Source of the DNA: Candidatus Margulisiibacteriota bacterium | GTDB lineage: Bacteria; Margulisbacteria; Termititenacia; Termititenacales; Termititenacaceae | DNA: 62,198 nucleotides | Reading direction: 5' to 3' | Assembly: GCA_031274525.1 (NCBI GenBank) | Contig: JAISQA010000041.1 | Span: 1-62,198 of the forward strand | Shown here: piece after piece, positions 8,034 to 15,781 of the stretch | Numbering within the stretch: the stretch's first letter is position 1 | Layout of the letters: every line of letters starts with the position of its first letter | The notes under the pieces: model-generated | The model's database searches: none | The model's input: the letters and a program-made list of their open reading frames with translations, nothing else | What the model was told of the DNA's origin: nothing | Position numbers and translations under genes: made by a program

Positions 8034-9158
8034 ATGTCGGTCAATTCCGCTAAGCGGGTAGTTGATATTTTTTTAGCTTTAGTGAAAATAAACTCCACCT
8101 CGCGCAACGAAGCGGCGGTGCGCGTTTTTTTGCTAAAAGAGCTCCGGCGCCGCGGCTGCCAGCCCTCCGTCGATAAAAAAGGCAATATTCAGCTGACGAT
8201 TTCCGGCGCTCTGGCCAACGGGCCGGTGCTGCTTTTTAACGCGCATATGGACACGGTGGTGCCGGGTAATAATATCCGGCCGCGGGTTCTGCAAGACCGG
8301 ATCGTCAGCGACGGCACGACCGTGCTGGGCGCGGATGACAAAGCGGGCGTGGCCGCGCTGCTGGAATTATTAACTTTGCTCAAAGAAAAAAAAGTTTTGT
8401 TTCATAAATTAAAAATCATTCTGACCGTGGAGGAAGAGATCGGCCTGCACGGCGCCAAGGCTTTGCGGTTTCAGGATGTGCAGGCGGATTATTGTTTTGT
8501 GCTGGACTCGGACGGCGAGGTCGGCTCGGTGGTGAATAAAGCGCCGGCGCAGGAGACTGTGGAATTCCGGGTGCGCGGCCGGGCGGCGCATGCCGGACTG
8601 GAGCCCGAAGCCGGCATCAGCGCGATTAAGATCGCGGCCGCGGCGATCAGCAGGATCAAAACCGGGCGTATCGACAGCGAGACCACCGCCAATATCGGCA
8701 TTATCAAAGGCGGCTCCGCGGGTAATATCGTGCCGGATGAAACTCTGGTCAAAGCCGAAGCGCGCAGCCACAGCGAGCCCCGGCTGCAAAAACAGCTGCG
8801 CAGTATGCGGGCCGCTTTTCAGAATGCCGCGCAAAAATTCGGCGGCGCGGTCGAGATCACCAGCCGCCGGGAATATGATCCGGTCAGGGTGCCGCCGGAC
8901 GCGCCGATTATTAAGATCTCAAAAATGGCCTCGCGGAAAATGCGGCTGCCGCACCGGGTTTTGACCACCGGCGGCGGTTCGGACGCCTCGGTAATTTTCG
9001 GCTACGGCGTGCCGACTATCGGTCTGTGCATCGGCATGGAGCGGGTGCATACCAGACAGGAATATATCACCCTGCGCAATCTGACCCTGCTGCCCAAATA
9101 TTTGCTGGAGCTTATCAAAGCGGCCCACTCATATGAACGCCTTGCAGTATCTAAATAA
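8034..9158 (+). CDS. M20-family metallopeptidase (peptidase T-like)
   Basis: NAHMDTV, GADDKAGVAALLE and VEEEIGLHGAK metal-ligand motifs. Confidence 0.8.
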   Translation: MSVNSAKRVVDIFLALVKINSTSRNEAAVRVFLLKELRRRGCQPSVDKKGNIQLTISGALANGPVLLFNAHMDTVVPGNNIRPRVLQDRIVSDGTTVLGADDKAGVAALLELLTLLKEKKVLFHKLKIILTVEEEIGLHGAKALRFQDVQADYCFVLDSDGEVGSVVNKAPAQETVEFRVRGRAAHAGLEPEAGISAIKIAAAAISRIKTGRIDSETTANIGIIKGGSAGNIVPDETLVKAEARSHSEPRLQKQLRSMRAAFQNAAQKFGGAVEITSRREYDPVRVPPDAPIIKISKMASRKMRLPHRVLTTGGGSDASVIFGYGVPTIGLCIGMERVHTRQEYITLRNLTLLPKYLLELIKAAHSYERLAVSK

Positions 9159-9996
9159 ATTTCTGGAATATCTGCTCTACGAGCGGGGCTATTCGCCGCT
9201 GACTGTCGAGGCGTATGGCTGCGATCTCAGGCGTTTTGTGCAAAAACATCCGGACTATCTGGCGCTGGAGCGCCGGACTCTGGAGGATTACGCCGGAGAA
9301 CTGTGCGGTCTGGAACATTCTTCGGTGGCGCGCAAGCTGGCCGCGGTCAAAGCTTTTTATAAATTTTTGTATCAGGAAGAAATTATTCCGCAAAATCCCG
9401 CCGCGGGCCTCGCCCTGCCTAAACTGGCCAGACGCCTGCCCAAAGCTCTCTCCAAAAAAGAAACGCAGCGGCTGCTGGCGCTGGATAAGGAGCTGCTGCT
9501 CTGGCGCGATCTGGCGGTGCTGGAACTGCTGTATTCCGCCGGCCTGCGCGTGAGCGAGCTGACCAGTATCAAACTTACGGACATCGATCTGGCGGAATGT
9601 TTTGTCAAAGTCTGCGGCAAGGGCTCAAAAGAAAGGCTGGTGCCGCTGGGTTCGCGGGCGCTGGCGGCGCTGCGTAAATATCTGGAGCTGGAAAGAAACG
9701 GACTGCCGGACCCGGAGCCGGAATTATTTCTCTCGCGGCGCGGCCGGCGCCTGACCAGACAGCGGATCTGGCAAATGGTCAAAAAAACCGCGGCGCTGAC
9801 CGGGGTCATTAAAAATGTTTCGCCGCATACTTTCCGCCACTCGCTGGCCACGCACCTGATCGAGAACGGCGCGGACATCCGCACGGTGCAGGAAATACTC
9901 GGCCATGCCAGTATTGCCACGACGCAGATTTATACTTCCGTGTCGCGCGAGCATCTGCGGCGCGTCTATGCACGGGCTTTTCCGGAGCGCGGCTGA
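9133..9996 (+). CDS. xerD: tyrosine recombinase XerC/XerD
   Basis: SAM-like N-domain. HTFRHSLATHL...LGHASIATTQIYTSV catalytic R-H-R-H-Y region. Confidence 0.85.
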   Translation: MNALQYLNKFLEYLLYERGYSPLTVEAYGCDLRRFVQKHPDYLALERRTLEDYAGELCGLEHSSVARKLAAVKAFYKFLYQEEIIPQNPAAGLALPKLARRLPKALSKKETQRLLALDKELLLWRDLAVLELLYSAGLRVSELTSIKLTDIDLAECFVKVCGKGSKERLVPLGSRALAALRKYLELERNGLPDPEPELFLSRRGRRLTRQRIWQMVKKTAALTGVIKNVSPHTFRHSLATHLIENGADIRTVQEILGHASIATTQIYTSVSREHLRRVYARAFPERG

Positions 9997-12692
9997 TGGA
10001 TTTTGTCGTGGTGGATATAGAGACTACGGGTCTGGCGCCGGACATCAATGAGATCATTGAGATCGGCGCGGTGCGTCTGCAGAAAAAAGACGGGGATTAT
10101 GCGGTGACCGCGCGGTATTCCCAGCTAGTCAAGCCGTACAATGAAATACCGCCGGTCGTGCGCAGTCTGACGGGCATCAGCGCCAAAACCGTGGAGCAGG
10201 CGCCGCGTTTTAAGGAAGTGGCCGGGGCATTCCGCGAATTTGTCGGCGACGCGGTGTTTGTGGCGCACAACGCTTTGTTTGACCTGCGGATGATCAACGC
10301 TTCTTTTGAGCGGCTGGCGCAGGAGCCGCTGCGCAACCCCTGTCTGGATACGCAGGATATGGTGGCGATTGCTTTTCCCGCGCAGCCCTCGCACCGGCTG
10401 GGCGATCTGGTCAAGAACTTAAATATTGAGACTACGGACGCGCTGCACCGCGCGCTGGCGGATGCGGAAGCCACGGCCAGACTCCTGCTCAAGACCATGG
10501 AGGCCATTGCCGCCCTGCCGCCCGCGGTGTCCAATCAGATGGGCAAACTGCTCAAGCATTATCAGGGCGTGGAAAAAGACGTGCTGGCCGAGCTGAAAGG
10601 CCCCGTCCGGGCCGCCGGCAGCTGGAAAAATGCCATTGCCAGAGCGCGGCAGTTTGAACGGTCGGTCTATCTGCGCGCCGAAGAAAAAAGCACCGCGCTG
10701 CCCGCGGAACTGGCCGCGCAGTATTTCGCACCGGCAGGGAAGTTTCAGGATTTTCCGCATTACGAATACCGGCCGCAGCAGAAAGAAATGGCCGCGGCGA
10801 TCATCGAAGCTTTTAATAATGAACAGCACTTGATGCTGGAAGCGGGCACCGGCACCGGTAAATCAGCGGCCTATCTGGTCGCGGCCCTGCTCTGGATCAA
10901 ACAAAACGGCGGGCCGCTCATTGTCTCCACCCGCACCAAAAATCTGCAGGATCAGCTGGTCGATAAAGATATTCCCGCGGTCTTAAAACTTTTTCCGGAG
11001 GATAATTTTCAAATTATGATCCTCAAAGGCCGGCAGAATTATGTCTGCCTGCGCCGTTTTGAAGCGCTGGTGCAGCATTTGCTGCTGTCCAGAAGCAAAG
11101 AGATCAGCAAGATCCTGCCGCTTTTTACCTGGCTGATCTCCACCGCGGAAGGCGATCTGTCCGAATTACATTCCAGTATCGAAAAGAAATACAGCCGGCA
11201 GATTAATTCGGAGGGACTGGGCTGTCCGGGCGAGGCCTGTCCGGATCATCATAAATGTTTTCTCCAGCAGGCGCGGCGGCAGGCCCGGCACGCCGATCTG
11301 ATCGTCGGCAATCACGCGCTGGTTTTTACCGATCTGGCCCGGGAGAGCGGACTGCTGCCCGGACACCGGCAGATCATTCTGGACGAAGCGCATACGCTGG
11401 AAGAAGCGGTGACCGAGAGCTGGTCGCTGGCGGTAAATTACGGTTTTTGCGCGGATGAATTGAAGAAACTGGAACAGCAGATCCGGACGCCGGAGTTTTT
11501 GAGTCTGGCCGGGAAATTTCGGGCGGACGCGCGGGAGTATTTCGAGGAGCTGTCGCGCGTCGGCCGCGAGCAGACCCGATCCGGGGAAGACCGCGCGCTG
11601 CGCATCCGTGATTTGAAAAAACGCGAAGCCCTGTGGCGGGCGCTGGAGCTGGTCAGGCTCAGCGCGGCGAAGCAGCTCAAGAAGTTGCAGCAGCTGATCG
11701 ATGAATACATGGACGCGGCGGGCGAGGACGCCGATATCGTACAGATCCGGAATTCTAAAGTGCAGCTGCAAAAACTCTGGGGGGTTACGGATACGGTCGC
11801 CGCCGAGAAAGATAATTATGTGGCCTGGCTGGCCTGGCAGAACGGCAAGCCGCCTTTTGACGCAGTGCTGCGCGCGGCGCCGGTGGATGTCGGCCGGCTC
11901 CTGCAGGATAATTTGTTTGCGGTGAAAAAATCGGTCATTATGGTCTCGGCCACCCTGACTATTAATAATTCTTTCGCCTATTTTGCCGGCCGGTTTGGTT
12001 TTGCCGCGGCGCCGGAAACGCTGCGGCAGCAGCAGCTGGGTTCGCCGTATAACTACCGCGAACAAATGCTCTGCCTGCTCCCGGACGACCTGACGGCGGC
12101 CGGCGAAAAAGAATATCATCTCAAGGCCGCGGAGTATCTGGCCAAACTGGCGGAGATCACCGCGGGGCGGATGCTGGTCTTATTTACCAGCTACCGCTCG
12201 CTGGAGCTGACCTACCGTTATTTCCGCGCGCTGGTGGAAGAAGATGGGTTGATGGTCTACTGTCAGGGCCTGCACGGTTCGCGGCGCTCGCTGGTCAGCC
12301 GTTTCCGCAGCGGCAAAAATACCGTCTTGTTCGGCACGAGCTCTTTCTGGGAAGGCGTGGATATTCAGGGCGAGGCGCTGTCCTCGGTCGTGATCTTCAA
12401 GCTGCCGTTTGCCGTGCCGTCCGAGCCGGTGACGCAGGCGCGCAGCGAGGAGATCGAAGCGCGCGGCGGCAGTTCTTTCTTTGAATATTCTCTGCCGCAG
12501 GCGGTGATCCGCTTCAAACAGGGCGTCGGGAGGCTGATCCGCGGCCAAAAAGACCGGGGGATAATTACGATTATCGATGAGCGGATCTTTACCAAAAATT
12601 ACGGCAAATCCTTTATCCGCTCCATGCCGGAGTGCGAGCTGCTCAAAGCCCCCTCCGCAGAAACTATCCGGAAAGCACGGGAGTGGTTCTGA
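9996..12692 (+). CDS. dinG: DinG-family ATP-dependent helicase with N-terminal DnaQ-like 3'-5' exonuclease domain
   Basis: DIETTGL exo motif, EAGTGTGKS Walker A, ILDEAH box and a Cys cluster GCPGEACPDHHKC (Fe-S). Confidence 0.85.
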   Translation: MDFVVVDIETTGLAPDINEIIEIGAVRLQKKDGDYAVTARYSQLVKPYNEIPPVVRSLTGISAKTVEQAPRFKEVAGAFREFVGDAVFVAHNALFDLRMINASFERLAQEPLRNPCLDTQDMVAIAFPAQPSHRLGDLVKNLNIETTDALHRALADAEATARLLLKTMEAIAALPPAVSNQMGKLLKHYQGVEKDVLAELKGPVRAAGSWKNAIARARQFERSVYLRAEEKSTALPAELAAQYFAPAGKFQDFPHYEYRPQQKEMAAAIIEAFNNEQHLMLEAGTGTGKSAAYLVAALLWIKQNGGPLIVSTRTKNLQDQLVDKDIPAVLKLFPEDNFQIMILKGRQNYVCLRRFEALVQHLLLSRSKEISKILPLFTWLISTAEGDLSELHSSIEKKYSRQINSEGLGCPGEACPDHHKCFLQQARRQARHADLIVGNHALVFTDLARESGLLPGHRQIILDEAHTLEEAVTESWSLAVNYGFCADELKKLEQQIRTPEFLSLAGKFRADAREYFEELSRVGREQTRSGEDRALRIRDLKKREALWRALELVRLSAAKQLKKLQQLIDEYMDAAGEDADIVQIRNSKVQLQKLWGVTDTVAAEKDNYVAWLAWQNGKPPFDAVLRAAPVDVGRLLQDNLFAVKKSVIMVSATLTINNSFAYFAGRFGFAAAPETLRQQQLGSPYNYREQMLCLLPDDLTAAGEKEYHLKAAEYLAKLAEITAGRMLVLFTSYRSLELTYRYFRALVEEDGLMVYCQGLHGSRRSLVSRFRSGKNTVLFGTSSFWEGVDIQGEALSSVVIFKLPFAVPSEPVTQARSEEIEARGGSSFFEYSLPQAVIRFKQGVGRLIRGQKDRGIITIIDERIFTKNYGKSFIRSMPECELLKAPSAETIRKAREWF

Positions 12693-12762
12693 TTTTTTTG
12701 GGACAATTTGCCTGAAGTTGCGATATACCAGCAGAACCTAAATACCGGAAAGGAGTTATGTT

Positions 12763-13185
12763 ATGACCGGACAATTTTATCCAAATCTTGCGGGAGGGGT
12801 TGGCGGATATAAGCCGATTTTTATTGCACAGCAGCGGGCGGTGAAAGCGGCGGCACAGCAGGCTAAGGCCGTGGCTAAACCGGCGCAGTTTACAGAGGAC
12901 AGCGAGGAATATTATCAAGTAAGGACAACCGTTTGGACTTTTCTGGACTATGTCGCGAAAAACTATAAGGGTTTTGGCCCGATAGATGCAAGTATTGGCC
13001 GGAATATGGATAATAATGAATGGGTGCTTAAAATTGAAGGGGATATTGGCAACCATTTGCAGGCGCTGCGTGACCTGAAAATAGAAGTTTTAGCCTCTTC
13101 GCAAAAACGCCTGCTGTTGAAGGTGGCTGAACTGGAAAAAGCTGGCTTTAACGGATTTAGACGCGGCGCGGCAAATGCGATTTAG
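12763..13185 (+). CDS. hypothetical protein (140 aa)
   Basis: GGAAAGGAG SD upstream of the ATG. No recognisable motif. Confidence 0.5.
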   Translation: MTGQFYPNLAGGVGGYKPIFIAQQRAVKAAAQQAKAVAKPAQFTEDSEEYYQVRTTVWTFLDYVAKNYKGFGPIDASIGRNMDNNEWVLKIEGDIGNHLQALRDLKIEVLASSQKRLLLKVAELEKAGFNGFRRGAANAI

Positions 13186-13826
13186 GCCACATACAGCAGC
13201 AGGGCGAAAAAGTGCAGCGCCGAGCCGGCCAGCACCATAATATGCCAGAGTTCGTGATAACCGAACTGTCGGGATAAATTGGGTTTTTTCAGCGTGTAAA
13301 TCACGCCGCCGGCAGAATAAACCACGCCGCCGCCCACCAGCCACGGTAAGGCCGCCGGGTCCAGATTGTTTAGCAGCGGCCGCATGGCGATGACGATCAG
13401 CCAGCCCATAAGCACATAGACCGTGGTGGTCAGCCAGCGCGGCAGGTCGATGAATACGGCCTGCAGGGTAATGAAAACTGCCGCCAGCCCCCAGACCAGT
13501 CCGAACAGCGTCCAGCCCCACGCGCCATTTAAGGTGATTAGACAGAACGGCGTGTAGGTGCCGGCGATGAGGGCATAGATGGCCAGATGATCCAGCTTGC
13601 GCAGGATTTGATATTTGCCGCCGGTTTTCCCGGGCAGCCAGTGGTACAGCGTGCTGCAAAGGTACAGCGCGAAGAGGGTAAACCCGAAGATGGAGAAAGC
13701 GACTATTTTCCAGACCTGACTGTCGCCGGAATAAAGGCTTTTGACGATCAGCAAAATTACCGCCGGTATAGCCAGCACGGCGCCGAGGAGATGGAGCAGG
13801 CCGTTAAGCGGTTCTTTGAGAATCAT
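13182..13826 (-). CDS. hemolysin III / PAQR-family membrane protein
   Basis: Seven hydrophobic segments, with LDHLAIY and GYHELWHIMVLAGSALHF motifs. Confidence 0.85.
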   Translation of the reverse strand: MILKEPLNGLLHLLGAVLAIPAVILLIVKSLYSGDSQVWKIVAFSIFGFTLFALYLCSTLYHWLPGKTGGKYQILRKLDHLAIYALIAGTYTPFCLITLNGAWGWTLFGLVWGLAAVFITLQAVFIDLPRWLTTTVYVLMGWLIVIAMRPLLNNLDPAALPWLVGGGVVYSAGGVIYTLKKPNLSRQFGYHELWHIMVLAGSALHFFALLLYVA

Positions 13827-13955
13827 GTCCGGTATAATAGCATGAAATGGCGGGTGACGTCTGACCGGGTATATTCGCCCGGTCAGCGTCTCCCCTGAGA
13901 TAGTACAGTTTTACCAGGCGTACCCCGGCCGCGGGATGCCGCCGTGCGGCTGAAT

Positions 13956-14198
13956 TTACCGGCACACCTGCATTTCCGCGCCGAAATAGCCGGACAGGCC
14001 GCTGAGAAAATTAAGGTAACGGGATTTGACCGGCTCCATGGAGCCGTCGAACATGATCCTGACCGAACGGCGCTGCTGGAGACAATGCCGGATCTGTTTC
14101 AGGCCTTCATAAGAGACCAGCTCCACATTGCTGAAACGTTTGAAGACCCCGCCTTTGAAGTCCAGGATCACCGAGGGCGGATATTTTGCTTTACTCAT
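13956..14198 (-). CDS. hypothetical 80-aa protein divergent from lexA
   Basis: Strong SD (AAAGGAGGAAGTA before the ATG). No recognisable motif. Confidence 0.5.
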   Translation of the reverse strand: MSKAKYPPSVILDFKGGVFKRFSNVELVSYEGLKQIRHCLQQRRSVRIMFDGSMEPVKSRYLNFLSGLSGYFGAEMQVCR

Positions 14199-14336
14199 TA
14201 CTTCCTCCTTTGCCCTGAAGACCGGCCGGGGGAACCGGTCTTAGGGACTGTTTAAATAGCCGAAAATGGCCCTGCACATTGCCTGCTGCGCAGGCCGGGA
14301 CAACATTTAACTTCGCGACGTTTGTTAAACGTTGTT

Positions 14337-14367
14337 AGAACAAATTATAGAACAAAATGTTTGTTCT
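14337..14367. promoter_or_regulatory. GAAC/GTTC motif cluster including the perfect palindrome AGAACAAA-ATG-TTTGTTCT (candidate LexA/SOS operator)
   Basis: GAAC at 14338 and 14350, and GTTC at 14363. An 8-3-8 inverted repeat lies at 14349-14367 in the lexA-divergent intergenic region. Confidence 0.35.
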
Positions 14368-14426
14368 TGTCAATAGCCTGTTTTGCTGATTGGAGACTGT
14401 AAAATTAACTGTGAAAATATTTAATC

Positions 14427-14626
14427 CAGCAGGACAAATATATTTCCCTTGCGCGCTATTGCGCAGCACGGCGCGCCTAACGGGGTGCTTGCGACTGCGA
14501 GCGACTACAAGTCGCCGCAGAAGTGTCGCCAGCTAATCAAGCTGGCGGCTGGACCTCACTTCACTTCGCTGACGCTTGTGAAGTTCGTTGCACAGAGCGC
14601 GCTCCGGTAAAATATTTGTCCTGCTG
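14427..14626. repeat. structured 200-bp repeat element, copy 1 (terminal inverted repeats CAGCAGGACAAATAT)
   Basis: It is the reverse complement of copies at 42457-42643 and 62059-62198. It contains three internal GC-rich hairpins and is preceded by the conserved box GAGACTGTAAAATTAACTG at 14393. Confidence 0.8.
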
Positions 14627-14681
14627 TTCAAATTGTGAGCGCATAACGGCTCATATCTAAATTGGGGACAGGTAACTTAAT

Positions 14682-14711
14682 TTGCTAAAACACAGCCGCT
14701 TGTGCTAAAAT
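14682..14711 (+). promoter_or_regulatory. putative lexA promoter TTGCTA-18-TAAAAT (leaderless start)
   Basis: The -10 ends 7 nt before the lexA ATG at 14719, and no SD lies in between. Confidence 0.4.
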
Positions 14712-14718
14712 CTGTTCT

Positions 14719-15321
14719 ATGAAATTGCATCCGCAGCAGGAACAATTGCTGGAAATATTGAAAAAAGCGCAGAACGATCCCTTGACCATCCGTGAATTGC
14801 AGGAGGCGCTGGGCTTGAGCTCGACCAGCGTGGTGGCGCACCATATCAAGCAGCTGGAGAAAAAAGGCCTGCTCAAACGCGACCCGGCCAATCCGCGCAA
14901 TTATACCGTAGTCGGCGAGGACAGCGGCGCGCGCATCACCTATCTGCCGCTTTACGGTCTGGCGCAGTGCGGCCCCAAAGGTTCGCTGCTGGATAATAAT
15001 CCTATCGATAAAATTGCGATCTCCTCCGAGCTGGTCAGATTTCCTGTCGAGGAAATGTACCTCATCAAAGCCCGCGGCGATTCGATGCTGCCCCGGATCA
15101 GCAACGGCGATATAGTTTTTGTGCGCCGGGCGGACGCGGCGGACAGCGGCGAGGTGGTGGTCTGCGTCAATGAAGGCGAGGGTCTGATTAAAAAATATCA
15201 GCGGGACAAAAAACAGGTCGTCCTGTCCTCGCTGAACAGCGAAAAATACGCCCCCTTCACCGCCGCGGCCGATTTCCGCATAGAGGGCATTGTGAAAGGT
15301 GCGCTGAGTTATAAATTCTAG
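14719..15321 (+). CDS. lexA: LexA-type repressor (wHTH + S24 peptidase)
   Basis: N-terminal wHTH. ARGDSMLP Ser nucleophile and GLIKKY Lys region. Confidence 0.85.
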   Translation: MKLHPQQEQLLEILKKAQNDPLTIRELQEALGLSSTSVVAHHIKQLEKKGLLKRDPANPRNYTVVGEDSGARITYLPLYGLAQCGPKGSLLDNNPIDKIAISSELVRFPVEEMYLIKARGDSMLPRISNGDIVFVRRADAADSGEVVVCVNEGEGLIKKYQRDKKQVVLSSLNSEKYAPFTAAADFRIEGIVKGALSYKF

Positions 15322-15427
15322 GCGTGTCTGGTGCGGTCTGGCCTAAAACGCACCGGCTTACTGGCCCGGACGATCTCCGGGAACCGGCAGTTTGGGCCGC
15401 GCGGCCAGCAGATTATAAATAGCCTCT

Positions 15428-15457
15428 TTGACACCCATAAACATATGTTAATATAGA
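15428..15457 (+). promoter_or_regulatory. putative promoter TTGACA-18-TATAGA with AACATATGTT palindrome in the spacer
   Basis: Perfect -35 at 15428-15433, a 10-bp palindrome at 15440-15449 and a -10-like hexamer at 15452-15457. It points toward the 1,020-aa gene. Confidence 0.4.
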
Positions 15458-15503
15458 AATATGCAAGTTTTGCCCCGGAACTTACGATATAATTATGGTG
15501 AGG

Positions 15504-15690
15504 GAGGCCAGCCGCCAGTGCGGCCGGTGCGCCTGCGCGCGTAAGGAAAAACGCGCCTGGCAGGTCACCCGCCAATGCGATTGACACGCCTGCGCGCGCA
15601 AGGAAAGACGCGCTTGGGCAGGTCACCCGCCAATGCGGTTGACACGCCTGCGCGCGCAAGGAAAGACGCGCTTGGCAGGCCCGACCCCGG
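15504..15690 (+). repeat. three 57-58-bp tandem repeats plus a partial fourth, each with a GC hairpin
   Basis: Units lie at 15504-15560, 15561-15618 and 15619-15675. Units 2 and 3 differ at one substitution and one indel. Confidence 0.85.
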
Positions 15691-15781
15691 AGAAAGGGGC
15701 TCGTAAAGAGACGAAACGGCCGGATAATGGGTATAATGTGAGCAAAAGGGGGTATGCTAAAGGGGGAAAGAGGAGCAGAGT

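Noticed and set aside
9133-9996. Island integrase responsible for the AT-rich block or the tRNA-Cys islet
   Set aside because: It has backbone GC-rich composition and a XerC/XerD-like sequence, and it sits among housekeeping genes (pepT-like, dinG). It is most likely the chromosome dimer-resolution recombinase.
11166-12119. 317-aa minus-strand ORF
   Set aside because: It is antisense to dinG and is Arg/Pro-rich low-complexity sequence.
15504-15690. Possible CRISPR array
   Set aside because: The units are contiguous with no unique spacers, there are only about 3.3 copies, and there are no cas genes. It is a plain tandem repeat.
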